DNA from: Octopus sinensis
Taxonomy: Eukaryota
Direction of reading: 5' to 3'
Length of the DNA: 64,000 bases
Assembly: GCF_006345805.1 (NCBI RefSeq)
Contig: NC_043013.1
Location: 39,556,001-39,620,000 of the forward strand
Program-made: the position numbers and the translations under genes
Notes under the pieces: generated by a model
Database searches by the model: none
What the model was told of the DNA's origin: nothing
What the model saw: only the letters and a program-made list of their open reading frames with translations
Part shown: piece after piece, positions 12,759-24,970 of the stretch
Numbering within the stretch: position 1 is the stretch's first letter
Layout of the letters: each line of letters starts with the position of its first letter

Positions 12759-13989
12759 TGCATAAGTATATTTTTATAAACAAACCCAAAAGTCTTTGCA
12801 AGTTACGGAGAATAAATCGGAGATTAAATATCATTATGATATATGCGAAAACGCAAATTTTATGTAGTATTTGTCCGGAGATATTTTTTATGAACGTGTT
12901 CTGTTTAATAGCAGGAACTATTTCTGTAACAGACGAAAATCGTCCAACAGCTGTTGGTGAAAATGCTAGATGCGCAATTATGAGTCTTTAAGATCTGCCA
13001 ATAACATGTTCACTGTAACAGTTGTATACTAGTACAAAACTATGCCAGTAAAAATTCAGTAAACAGTGATATAATATTCACAGGTGTTGCACGAAGTCAC
13101 CCAGATGGATATGTAACAGGAGCTGTATTAGACTAAAAGGAACATCTATGTAACATATCCTAAGTAAATACATTGCGAATAAGTAAATTTACTGCGGCAT
13201 TCGTTTGGAAATGCTATACCTAATGGACGAAGCGGAAATGCACATCTAACATCCTCAGCAGCTGGTGGATTTTCACCTCTAACTGAAATAGTTTGTGTTA
13301 TTAAACACAGCACGTCCATGAAAGACATTATCTCCGGAAAAATATTGCGGTAAATTTGATTTTTCGCGATGTATTTACATTAAGTATGATATACAAATGT
13401 CTATTTGAATCTAATACTGCTTCTATTGCATATAACAGATTTTTAAAAACTCCTTACTATTTCTTTTCCAGTCGACAGAAAATCTGATCCTACGCTTGAA
13501 TCTAGAAGAAAAGTTTATTCAAAGAACAAGAAATGGCTGTGTAAGCATCCAAAATTTCCGACTGTTTTTCTTTTTCAGACGTTCGTTCTTGTTTTTGTAA
13601 AATTTTCTGTTGTTATTCCGTTAGTTTTGCATCCAACAAAGCACTACATCAATCCCTTATACAAGATTTAAGCTTCACAGGGTTCCCCACCAGGCACATA
13701 ACCAGATAACAATGTACCTCTAGTCGCTTATATCAACAACGAACCTAACACTGATAACATCCCTTGCATTACTTAAAAACAAAGAACTGTAAATTTAGTC
13801 CTTAACATCAGAGTTTTTAACTTCAGAAAGTTCATCATTTTTGTGTCTGTCTATCTATCTGTCTCTTTCTCTCTTTCTCTCTCCTCTCTCTCCTCCTATC
13901 TCACTCTCTCCTTCCCCATCCTCTCTCTCACTCTCTCACACACATCACAGTTGTTTCCTGATCTTTAGGAACACTACAGCGAGTCGCCA

Positions 13990-14560
13990 AACTCTTCTGA
14001 CCCTGCCAACTATGGAGACAGCTATTAACAAGAACGAACTCCAGTCCCTTGACCCTTTCTCCTCCTGTAGAACTATCAATGCAGTTTTAATTATACCCAA
14101 TCTATCGAAAACCTACACTCTTATGTATTTCATCAGTGTCACTCACTCCGCGAACTAGAAATTTTGTGAAGCAGTATTGTTGCCCTTGACATCAGTAATA
14201 TTTTCGGCCATATCTGGTGCACGAACCTGCAAACAAAACTGCTCGTCTGTGGACACCATCTGTCATATATCTTTTGGACTGGTGACCTTTTAGTCAGATC
14301 GCATGAACACGACATGCACTGACGGGTTTCTATTTGCCCTACAGTATCATTCAGTTGTTCTCCAGGGCTTAGTTTCACGCTCTGCATTCTATTTTTTGTG
14401 TTTCAACGATCTAGTGACTGCTACCTCTACTGGCACCCATTTCTATATAATTAACACCATCATATCTTTTGCACACGAGTGTCGTCCACAAATGTCCTAG
14501 ATACGTCGCGCCAAATAAGCGCTCACTCTACGAACAGAGATGTCAAAAACATACACCATA
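13990..14560 (+). mobile_element. Highly degenerate LINE reverse transcriptase fragment
   Basis: VALDISNIFGHIW... resembles the RT motif VALDISKAFDRVWH; SDPANY resembles SDPSNYRPI. Confidence 0.5.
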
Positions 14561-14957
14561 AAGGCCATGGCAATCTATCTCAAAAATGATACAATTACTG
14601 CATATATTAAGAACTAATTACTACCGCTTTGCTGTACCACCTGGTCTTCCCAAGATGACCCCTACCACACGACAGAAGTGCTAAGACCACTCTCCCAGGT
14701 GAAGGCGCTTGGCCTGCAAGAGCCTTCTGTCAGTACCACGTAAAACGCATTCGTGCCGGTGCCACATAAAAGCGCTCGTGTGGTACCATGTAAAAGCACA
14801 TAACACACTCTGTAAAATGATTGGCGTGGGAAGGGCATCTAGCCGTAGAAACCATAAAGGTTGTAACATAAAGGTTGTAAAGTTCATTTTTCAGCCTGTC
14901 AGACGCGACTGACACGAAATATATTTATCCATACAACTATGTGTGTGTAATAGTGTA

Positions 14958-15342
14958 TCTCTCTCTATATATAAACGGCAGTTTGTCTGTGCGTGTTTCT
15001 GTGTGTCTGTTTGCTCGTACCCTCACCCTGACCACTGCTTTCAACCGATTCTGATGAAACTTGACACACACATAGCCCAATGTCATAATTCAAAACTAAC
15101 GCAGCGAAAATTTTGAAAAGTTCCCCCAGTTCTGAAAAAAATCGATAAATTCGACATGGGGTCGAGAATCAGAAACCCAAACCACAGACCGTCTAGGGGA
15201 CGCAACTCCACCTTTTTTAACTCTCAAAAAAAATTTACCATAATTATTTTTCCATTTTTTCTATTTTTTGGCTATAACTCTCTAAAAATGCTTTATAGTT
15301 ATTTCCCTTACAAACCCGAGCAACGCCGGGCGATACTGCTAG
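14958..15342 (+). mobile_element. Non-autonomous Helitron
   Basis: a|TC... start, 3' hairpin cccgagcaacgccggg and CTAG|t end. Confidence 0.7.
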
Positions 15343-15378
15343 TATTTAATATATCAATATATTTCTTCTTTCTTTCAG

Positions 15379-15410
15379 CTGAACCAGAGAGAGACTCAAA
15401 CGACGAAAAT
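15379..15410 (+). CDS. Microexon 2 (32 nt, phase 1 to 0)
   Basis: tttcttctttctttcag|ct gaa cca gag aga gac tca aac gac gaa aat|gtgagt; SEPERDSNDEN. Confidence 0.65.
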
Positions 15411-16502
15411 GTGAGTATTATTTTCAATATTTTCAAAATGTTGTAGTAGGAGTATACGATACTTCTAGTGTGACAATAGCCACAATAAAGCGCTGAGCTG
15501 CAATAAAGTATTTAAGTTAATCCCTATAGTATCCCTAATTAATCTGCTGTTCGCAATTAGACTATGCAAGGTATATTCACTGTAAGCTTCTGTGTACGAT
15601 GTTCTTAATGTTGAAAGGCTGATTATAGCAACAATATGGCGGACTTTCATATATAAGCACCATTTTACATCATGGCTGGATCATTACAAAAAGTGCATTG
15701 AAGTCAGAGAATCATACTTCGAAGGAGATTAGAGTTTTGTACTTCTTTCAAAGCAATAAATGCCTCTCTCAAAAATGTTTCAAACCTTTAGAAGTGCGCC
15801 TTGTATCTTTCTGTTTATGATCAACTAGTAGATACAACTTTACGGATTCTTTCATATTTTTATCCTTAATATTAAAGTTCTGACTTTCAGAATATCATCA
15901 TATATATGAAGTCTACTGTAAAATTTCGCTCTCCTGATGTTCCTGTTTCCTCCTTAATATTAATTTATACTCACTTCTGTATTCTGTATTACTATTTCAT
16001 AAATGATTTGATGCCTTTAACAACCGCCGGTTCATCATTTATTTAACGTACTTCTATTAGTCGATCGAGTACATTGCCTATAGCTAACTCGCGTTTGATT
16101 ACATTTCTTCCACCTTTGTTTGACGATGGATTTCTAGGTATCCCCCTCTAACCTGATCACTAATTGCTCGGGCTGAAACCGGGATTGCAACCTTTTCAAT
16201 AGTTTTGAGAGTTAAAACTATTGAAAAGGTTGCAAGACGCAACGAAACTTTTAGAAAAATAAAAAAAAATAAATAAATTTTACCGGTGAGTGTGTTAAAT
16301 TATAAGGCACCAAAAGAGAATGACTCTCCCGAGACAACAGAATATGCTTCAACACATGAACTCACATAAAGAATCTTGCAAACCAAATCCCAAAATGAAA
16401 TATGCATGTATGTATGTATGTATGTATGTATGTATGTATGTATGTATGTATGTATGAATGTATGTATGTATGTATGTATGTATGTATTTATGTATGTATG
16501 CT

Positions 16503-16563
<61 letters not shown>

Positions 16564-16564
16564 G

Positions 16565-16683
<119 letters not shown>

Positions 16684-16853
16684 CTGGCATCATGGTGTAG
16701 TAAATCTGACGTTTTTTAAAAGGTGATAACTCTGTTATGATTTGTTTTTTTTCTTATATTCTTCTTTGCATACTCTGAATTTGCCTGAAATTAATATTAC
16801 GTCTCGTTTTAACAATTAGTAAATATTTGCCACTGTCTATTTCTCTTTTAAAG

Positions 16854-16881
16854 GTGTATATAAACAGTCAACCAAGGATAA
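16854..16881 (+). CDS. Microexon 3 (28 nt, phase 0 to 1)
   Basis: tatttctcttttaaag|gtg tat ata aac agt caa cca agg ata a|gtaagt; VYINSQPRI. Confidence 0.6.
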
Positions 16882-17590
16882 GTAAGTAGACATTTTCTGT
16901 TATAAGACATTTCTAGCAAGCATCAAAATGTATTAATGTTTCAAGCAAGATGCCTTTTCCTATAAATATTGTTGAAACAAAGAGACCACAGTTTTTTTTT
17001 AATGTCCATATTTTCCTCCACATTGTTGAATCCGCAAATGCAAAGTCATCATAAATACATATAAATACCCCAGATACCCGCAACAATAATTTTCGCAGCT
17101 TAACTCAGCGCAAGCGTATTCGGTCGCTGTGACAGCATAGCCGCCTATTTGCTACTGCGACCGAATACGCATGTACTGAGGTAAGCTGCGAAATTTAGTG
17201 TCGGATATCTGGGGTATTTATATGGTTGTGTGGTAAGAAGGTATGGCTTTGCGTTTGCATTCCTGTGGGTATGTATAAATATGTGTCCTTCTAAAGGATG
17301 AAAAGCCATTGGGCAAATCCAGAAATTAGTTAATCCAAGGCTATCTATATTGTTATTAATTTCCGTTAGCTTGCACCCTCGATTACAACACGTGTGTAAT
17401 TTTGTGATTTTTTAATTGTTGAGACGATTTAGCGTGTATTTGGGGCTTATAGGCTAGAAATTGTTTTCTCTGCCTTTAATTATAATCATATATATGGTTT
17501 TACCTTAATCGATCTATTTTTTATATACTGGCCACTGATAAATTATTTTTGAAGAATTTTATCCTTTATTCTTATATCGGTGTATATTTA

Positions 17591-18156
17591 TTGGGTTGTC
17601 CGGAAAGTTCGTGCCGATTTATAGTAGCTTACCTTTCGACTTATTTTATAACATGGTTGAGTCCATAAAATAGGATTTGACTACACCTCCATTTAGAGCA
17701 CAGTTTAAGCTATCTTTTCGTGGAAGAAGGTATATGTTCCTATGACCTGTGTTAATTTTGTAACCCTTTAAAATGGAAGATAAGAAAGTTCATTTTCGGC
17801 ACTTGATGCTTTGGGAACCAGACAAGGATTGCTGCAGCTCGGCTGGGATGTGTTACCCCACCCTCCATATTCACCAAATATTGCTCCTCCAGATTTCCAC
17901 TTATTCAGGTCTCTGCAGAATAGTCTTAATGGTAAAAATTTCAATTCCTTGGATGGCATAAAAAGATACCTTGATGAATTCTTTGCCATGAAACCACCTC
18001 AGTTTTGGGAAGAGGGTATTTTCACGTTAAAGGAAAGATGGAGACGCATTGTGCAACAAAATGGTTCATATTCGGTCGATTAAAAATGTAATGGCAAATA
18101 TTTATTGACCTTTTTCTTTCCTTTAAAAATCGGCACGAACTTTCTAGACAACCCAA
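17591..18156 (+). mobile_element. Internally deleted mariner (mellifera-like)
   Basis: TA TSD; TIRs ttgggttgtccggaaagttcgtgccgattt / aaatcggcacgaactttctagacaacccaa; MEDKKVHFRHLML fused to LPHPPYSPNIAPPDFHLFRSLQNSL... Confidence 0.85.
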
Positions 18157-18264
18157 TATTTATATAAACACATACGCACGCGCATATATGTGTGTGTGTA
18201 TGCGCGTGTGTGTAATCATGTATGTCTTTATAGGTTGATATATGTATATATATATCTGTTTCAG

Positions 18265-18284
18265 GTGGCCGGTCTAACACAATA
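18265..18284 (+). CDS. Microexon 4 (20 nt, phase 1 to 0)
   Basis: atctgtttcag|gt ggc cgg tct aac aca ata|gtaagt; SGRSNTI. Confidence 0.55.
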
Positions 18285-19057
18285 GTAAGTATTATTTCCA
18301 GACTTTTATGATGTTGGTATTGGAATGTACATTATTTGTTTTGTGCGCTGTTCTTGGAGCAGAGAGAATTGGAAATCATTGCTTCCTTGCACGAATCGAG
18401 TCCCGTGTTACGTAATTATATAATTGGTTTAGTGGTTGTAATCACGATATGGATGATACTATCAAACTGAGCTTCGGTGTATGATGCCGGTAATAGTCTA
18501 CAACTGACGTTAGTAAAATTGGCTGCCACTAGGAGAATGATATTTTATGGTTCAATCCCGGCTTCAGCCAGAGGCTGTGGCCACACTGGGGCACCGCCAA
18601 TAGCGCAAAAATGAGATAATTTGTCTAATTTGTCTTTCAACATATCAACATCTAAAACTTGTAGACCTTTTGTAAGTCTTTTTAAGACATGAGTTGTTCT
18701 AGATGGAGTAGGATCCTTGGTGTTATTCAGTGATTATAAATAGACGTTGTTAATAATTTCTCCCTCAATTATACATTGTGGTTGTTGCTCATGTTGCTTC
18801 TTTTCAAAAATATATGTATATACTTTTAATTTAATTTAATTAATTATATCTTGTGCTTACCTCGCTGAAATAAACATATATGTACTCTTTATATACATAC
18901 ATACATGCATACATGCATACATACATACATACACATATATATATATATATCTTTATTTATAAATATTTAATATATATATATATATATATATAATATATAT
19001 ACATACATACATATATATATATAATATATAATATATATATATATATATAATATATAT

Positions 19058-19193
19058 GGCAGTGTGGTAAGAAGCTTGCTTCCCAACTACATGGTTCTGG
19101 GCTCAGTTCCACTGCGTGGCACCTTGGGCAAGTGTCTTCCATTATAACCTCGAGCCGACCAAAGCCTTGTGAGTGGAAACTGAAAGAAGCCCG

Positions 19194-19224
<31 letters not shown>

Positions 19225-19475
19225 TAATATATATATATGTGTGGTGTGTGTGTGTGTGTATGTGTGTGTGTATCTGTGTCTGTGTGTATGTGCGTATTTG
19301 TGTGTCTGTGTTTATCCCCTCACCGTCGCTTGACAACCGGTAACATAACGGTTCGACAAAAGAAACCGATAGAATAAGTACTAGGATTACAAAGAATAAA
19401 TCTTGAGGTCGATTTGTTCGACTAAAGGTGGTGCTCCGGCATGGCCGCAGTCAAATAACTGAAACAAGTGAAAGA
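19058..19475 (+). mobile_element. SINE family B (tRNA-derived, CORE-like gtggcaccttgggcaagtgtc). Other copies: 385-622 (-), 955-1085 (-), 2055-2135 (-), 26585-26705, 51420-51875 (-), 53555-53705 (-)
   Basis: ~400-bp repeat with internal (TA)/(TG)n. The CORE-like segment recalls MIR and octopus OR2-type SINEs; family name not verified. Confidence 0.8.
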
Positions 19476-19536
19476 ATATATGTGCACATATATATATAAC
19501 CCTAGGTAAATAGCGAGACCTAGGTATATATTGAGA

Positions 19537-19594
19537 CCTGCTGATGAGAATTAAGGGAGGTAAACTCTCAAACTTCGAAATCAATTGATCCAGG
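19537..19594 (+). ncRNA. Type I hammerhead ribozyme motif with complete core
   Basis: CCTG-CTGATGA-[GAA..GGGAG gtaaa CTCTC..TTC]-GAA-ATCAATTGAT-C-CAGG: stem I CCTG/CAGG, palindromic stem III, AUC cleavage triplet. Confidence 0.75.
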
Positions 19595-19839
19595 AATATC
19601 TGTTTCCTCATTCTACGGCTTTCTGCCGAGATAGTAAGTTAATTTCTTTGCTCGTAGTCCGATTACTGTTCTACTAATTTATCCAGGGCTTGGTGGTTTT
19701 CTTAGGTAATTCTTCGACACTGATTTTCACAACAATGCTCGCACCATGTGTGCCCTATTATAATTATATATTAATTATAAAATTTGGAATTAGCCATTTA
19801 TCGGCATTTGCTTTTTTACCACCTGTACTATTTACTCAT

Positions 19840-20238
19840 TTACTCATTTACTTGTTTCAGTCACTTGACTGCGGCCATGCTGGAGCACCGCCTTTAATCG
19901 CGCAACTCGACCCCGGGACTTATTCTTTTGTAAGCCCAGTACTTATTCTATCGGTCTCTTTTGCCGAACCGCTAAGTAACGGGGACATAAACACACCAGC
20001 ATCGGTTGTCAAGCAATGCTAGGGGGACAAACGCACTCACACAAACACACACACGCATATATATATACACATATATACGACGGGCTTCTTTCAGTTTCCG
20101 TCTACCAAATCCACTCACAAGGCTTTGGTCGGCCCGAGGCTATAGTAGAAGACACTTGCCCAAGGTGCCACGCAGTGGGACTGAACCAGAACCATGTGGT
20201 TGGTAAACAAGCTACTTACCACACAGCCACTCCTGCGC
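19840..20238 (-). mobile_element. SINE family B
   Basis: Near full-length reverse-complement copy. Confidence 0.85.
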
Positions 20239-20392
20239 CTATTGTTTATTATTCTTTTTACTAATGATAATATTTAACAATAATATCTATATAAATATTT
20301 TCTAATATTTATTCATTTAGTAATTATATACATATATATATACATACATACATACATACATACATACATACATACATACATACATACATACA

Positions 20393-20428
<36 letters not shown>

Positions 20429-20465
20429 TATATAAAGTTTTTCTGTTTTGTTTTCTCTTTGAAAG

Positions 20466-20493
20466 GGTCGTGAGAAACCAGAAAAGAAACAAG
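20466..20493 (+). CDS. Microexon 5 (28 nt, phase 0 to 1)
   Basis: ttttgttttctctttgaaag|ggt cgt gag aaa cca gaa aag aaa caa g|gtaagt; GREKPEKKQ. Confidence 0.65.
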
Positions 20494-20548
20494 GTAAGTA
20501 AACCTCAATTCCACACATACACTGCGCCAGGATATATAAACATATATA

Positions 20549-20589
<41 letters not shown>

Positions 20590-20769
20590 CATATATATAT
20601 ATAGGGTATGTGTACATACATTGTGTGTGTCTGTGTGCATGCGTGTGTGTGTGCATGTGTATATGTACATATATATACCCACACATTTTTCTGTAAAATA
20701 TAGTTGCATTATCTATGGCTCTTGACAACTGAAATTTCATCGGACATACGGATTAAATGTGTATATGTG

Positions 20770-21820
20770 TAGGTGCGTCAGGTATTTTGAGGTCATTAGA
20801 AAAAGACGCATGACTCAGCAAAAGTCAAAAAAACTTTGTTCGAAAGCAAATTGGCACAAATTGTCTTGAGATTAGTTCTAATCACACGTATCCAACGAAT
20901 ATGCCGTTAGCATCAATAGTTGCTTAAATACGGAGTCGGAACCGTTGACGTATCCGAATCAGAGGACCTCTAAGTTGGGCATAGTGCTGATTATTATCAG
21001 ACTTGAGAGATTGTTCTGGGGGTGTGTATTGACCTCCCTCTCGACTACAGGCCATCCGTAATAGCCATTGGATTGTATCTGGTGAACTAGGAGGTCATGT
21101 GTTAGGAAAACATGGTCATGGAGAGGGCACGTATCCATCCATGCTTTGGTTGACCTAGTCATAAGAGACGGTGCAGAGACTTGTTGGATGGTGTGCTATC
21201 TTCCGTTGCGTACTCTGTCTACCTAGAGCCTCACAACTTTCTCCAACACGTCCCTGTAGACAGCGGCATTAACTCTTAAACCCCGTAAAAAAAAGTGAGA
21301 TAGTAAGATATCTCCCTCGTTGCTTGACGACTCACAGAACCACAACAATCGCTGGGAACTTAGAACTCATGACTGTTGGAACGATACTCTTCTGTCACAT
21401 TCGACATAACAATTTGTACCTCATGTCCTCATGCACAACTCGTCTGATGGTGTGGTCTGAAACCTTGGAGTCCTTTGCAATGACTGATTTTCCCTGGTTT
21501 TTGTTCATTATTTCTTGGGCTTTTTATGCAATGTTATGTGTTCTGATGGTATTAGGATCTTGTATATGCTTTTTGCGCTTAACTGCCGTTTCTGGATCCC
21601 CATAAACAGGTTCCAGCTCCTTTCGAACTTTGACAACGAAGGATCGGGAAACTTTCAAAAAGCGAGGTATCGCTCTCTCACTATGCTGCGCTTTTAAGAC
21701 AACAATTATAGTGTAACTTTCCATCGCCTTAATCAAGCTGATGTCTGACATTATTTATCTACGAAGGCGGAAAGTTAATTTAAATGAAAGTTTAAGCTCA
21801 AGTACTGTCCCCAATTTAAG

Positions 21821-21830
<10 letters not shown>
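20770..21830 (-). mobile_element. Degenerate Tc1/mariner transposon, maT (DD37D)-like; ends approximate
   Basis: RFLKVSRSFVVKVRKELE; VSNEGDI..HFFLRGLRVNAAVYRDVLEKVV; PPSSPD; VEREVNTHP. Confidence 0.7.
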
Positions 21831-21864
<34 letters not shown>

Positions 21865-22090
21865 CATATTCAGAACTCAAATCCAAAGCTTTGTCTGGAG
21901 GGATTTCTTTATTTTTCTGTGTATCATCAGAACTGAAGTTCAAAAATCACCTGGAAGCAGGACTTTTTTTAATTTCTGGAAGGGGTCTGAGTGACGGTTG
22001 AAGAATAGACGTTAATATATATATATATATTATATTATATAATAATATATATATATATATATTATATATCTGTGTATGTGGTGTGTGTGG

Positions 22091-22133
<43 letters not shown>

Positions 22134-22587
22134 GTATTCAATCTGTCTTCCTGTAATCAACGTTTGTTTTTCAAATATTGTTTTTCTACTTAGTTTGTTT
22201 CGTGTTAAGTATAATAGTTGAAAGAAATGGCTTCTCGCTATAAATGCATATTAATCCAATTAACTAATGTCTTACGTATGTGTAACTACGAACTATCATG
22301 TAATGTATATATTACAAAATCACTAATTTTTTTTAAACCGGGCGTAACTTGCTTCAGGCAACCTATATGATATATCCGTTTCAATGTAACTATAAAGATT
22401 ACAATCTTCAGGAATCGGAGACGAGATGTGTTGTTACATATATGGTTTGTGAATGTTTATGCGTGTCTATGCCGTGGACAAAATCAAAAAAGTACGCAGA
22501 TAATAAAAATATATAGAAGCATATGTTATTTACATTTTTTACATTATTTACATTCGACGGATATTTGTCTTCATCTTGTTTGTTGTT

Positions 22588-22634
22588 AACACAAAACGTT
22601 TCGGCTGATATACCCTCAGCCTTCTTCAGGTGTC
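22588..22634 (-). ncRNA. Minimal hammerhead motif in the inverted arm of a SINE-like element
   Basis: Minus strand GACAC-CTGAAGA-A-GGCTGA gggtata TCAGCC-GAA-ACGT-T-tt-GTGTT. Confidence 0.6.
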
Positions 22635-22683
22635 TTGAAGAAATTTCGAACCTGGGTTTCATTCCTAAGGTATTTTCGAGTTA

Positions 22684-22734
<51 letters not shown>

Positions 22735-22747
22735 CATTATTATTAGA

Positions 22748-22779
<32 letters not shown>

Positions 22780-22936
22780 GGCGTAGTGGTTAAAAGCGCG
22801 GGCTACTAACCCCAAGGTTCCGAGTTCGAATCCAGGTAGTGACCTGAACAACAACAACAAAAAAAACAATAATAATAATAATAATAACATCGAAATATAC
22901 CTTAGGAATGAGAACGCAGGTTCGAAATTTCCTCAA

Positions 22937-22982
22937 GACACCTGAAGAAGGCTAGAAGGTATATCAGCCGAAACGTTGTGTT
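22937..22982 (+). ncRNA. Minimal hammerhead motif in the sense arm of the same element
   Basis: GACAC-CTGAAGA-A-GGCT..AGCC-GAA-ACGT-T-GTGTT; the loopless palindromic ACGT stem III implies a dimeric fold. Confidence 0.65.
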
Positions 22983-23329
22983 AACAGCAAAGAAGAAGAA
23001 AACAAATATCTGTCGAATGTAAATAATGCACATAATTCCTTATCTCTTAAATATAGAACTGTATATAGAAGCATAACAAGTCCCAAACGTATTTGCACCG
23101 ATCTAAGTGCTTGTTTATTTCACAACATTGCTTCGTTTAGGATCTGTTCAAAACTAGCAGCGCTGCACGCAGTCAGTGAATAATTTCTACTGCTTGTCTC
23201 TAAGGCAGTTATGACTTGGAAAGTCATGTCTCTCTTGGTATCCAGTATTCACCATAACTATCGAGCTTGAAATTCATTGTTCGGGTCACATGGGTCACTC
23301 TGAAATGCATTGTCCTGTCAATATAAAAA

Positions 23330-23650
23330 AAGACTCCGCCGGTTACGACGACGAGGGTCCCAGCTGATACGATCAACGGAACAGCTTGCTCGTGAAATTA
23401 ACGTGCAAATGGCTGAGCATTCCACAGACACGTGTACCCTTGACGTAGTTCTCGGGGAAAATCAGCGTGACACAGAGAGTGACAAGGCTGACCCTTTGAA
23501 ATACAAGTACAACTCATTTTTGCCAGCTGAGTGGACTGGAGCAACGTGAAATAAAGTGTCTTGCTCAAGGACACAACGCGTCGCCGGGAATCGAACTCAC
23601 AACCTTACGATCATGAGCCGAATGCCCTAACCACTAAGCCACGCGCCCTC
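23330..23650 (-). mobile_element. tRNA-derived SINE (head gggcgcgtggcttagtggttaggg...gagttcgattccc; core ttgtgtccttgagcaagacact). Related copies: 30515-30845 (-), 46180-46330 (+)
   Basis: A and B boxes followed by a conserved SINE core. Confidence 0.75.
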
Positions 23651-23857
23651 ACTCCTGTCAATATATGGAGCTATGAAATTACTATTAATGTTTCAATACC
23701 TTTTACATAAATCGAAATTTTTCTCCACGGCAAATTGCATTGAAAATTGCTTTTTTAGAGGCGAAATATTTACTAAACATATTCGAAGTGATCTTAAAAC
23801 TTGTTTGTATGTAACCATATATATTTGATATGTTGTTCTTTATATTCGTTTCAACAG

Positions 23858-23880
23858 CTGCAGACAGGCGCAAATCATCA
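23858..23880 (+). CDS. Microexon 6 (23 nt, phase 1 to 0)
   Basis: ctttatattcgtttcaacag|ct gca gac agg cgc aaa tca tca|gtaagt; AADRRKSS. Confidence 0.6.
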
Positions 23881-23929
23881 GTAAGTGTTGTTTTTAACAT
23901 TTTATCTTAGTTTAGAGTGTATATTAGTG

Positions 23930-24575
23930 TTATCTTTCTTTTAGGTCACTTGTCCAGAATATAGGACATAGGCAACCATGTCTTGCCACAACTCTCTGTT
24001 CTTTGTTTTCTGTAACATTTCCACTTTCCGATATTTAATGCCTCTTTCTTCCAAGAAAGTCATCAAGCTTTACATCCATAGCATCCTCCTCCTACCTCTG
24101 CTTCTTTTCCCTTCATCCTGTCCGGCCGTCACTAAATTCTCCTGGTCCTCTTTCCTCATCACACGAGCTAGAAATCTCAGTACTTGGCTATTATCTCACA
24201 TAGCAGTTTCCTACTTACCGCAACTAGGATCATCACTTTTTCATCAGATATACTATCTGTCCATGCTACCGCCAATAGTCTCTTTAAAAACCACTTGTCC
24301 AAGCGCCTTCTCAGTTCTGATGTCATAAAACATACTTCACTTCCATACATTAACACAAGGTAGACATAGCAGTCCAATATACAGGTGTTGGTCTTGATGC
24401 TCAAAGTATTGTTTCTCAAGATGTCATACAATTTTGAGAATGCAGACTTTGCCAGCACTATTCGTCTTTTTATCTCCAGGCATTTTGCGTCTTCTGTGAT
24501 CAGAATTCCAAGGTAGTTGAAGGATGATAGCTGTTTAATGATGTGATTGAAGTGGTATTTTTTATGCGCTCTTTT
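23930..24575 (-). mobile_element. RTE-clade LINE ORF C-terminal fragment
   Basis: FNYLGILITEDAKCLEIKRRIVLAKSAFSKL...LMYGSE. Confidence 0.8.
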
Positions 24576-24928
24576 CAATCCTAGCCAGGCTCATGGGCCC
24601 GGTTTTCCGGTTACTATGGCGTATGTGTTTCCCCCAGCTGGACGGGACGCCAGTCCATCTCAGCGTTACTCAAGAAACAGGAAGAAAGAGTGAGGGAAAG
24701 TTGTAGCGAAAGAGTACAACATATCATATAAGCATATATATAATTAATATATATAAAATAGTAGTGAACATCCGATGTTGGTGTGTCAACATCCCCGTAA
24801 CTTAGCGGTTCGGCAAAAGAGGCCGATAGACCAAGTACTAGGCTTACAAAGAATAAGTTTTGGGGCCAGTTTGTTCGACTAATCGTGTACTCTCCAGCAT
24901 GACTGCAGTTAAATGACTTTAGTAAGAG

Positions 24929-24970
<42 letters not shown>

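Larger units (their letters stand above)
22524..23061 (+). mobile_element. tRNA-headed SINE-like element with hammerhead tail and inverted 5' arm
   Basis: A box TGGCGTAGTGG and B box GTTCGAATCC at ~22778-22840, (AAT)n spacer, hammerhead tail; 14-bp direct repeat TATATAGAAGCATA at 22510-22523 and 23062-23075. Confidence 0.7.

Noticed and set aside
16150-16190. CTGATCA...GAAAC hammerhead-like motif; similar remnants at ~6715-6755 and ~9730-9775
   Set aside because: Core positions mutated or deleted and stems I/II not reconstructable; at most decayed relics.
19594-19633. Apparent 40-nt phase 0-to-1 exon (ccag|gaatatc...gata|gtaagt)
   Set aside because: Acceptor lacks a pyrimidine tract and is the stem I strand of the hammerhead; the 20466-20493 exon fills that slot with much better signals.
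22778-22847. tRNA-like sequences (also 23575-23650, 33524-33595, 58821-58890)
   Set aside because: A and B boxes are present but acceptor stems are incomplete and each continues into a repeat body; these are SINE heads, not tRNA genes.
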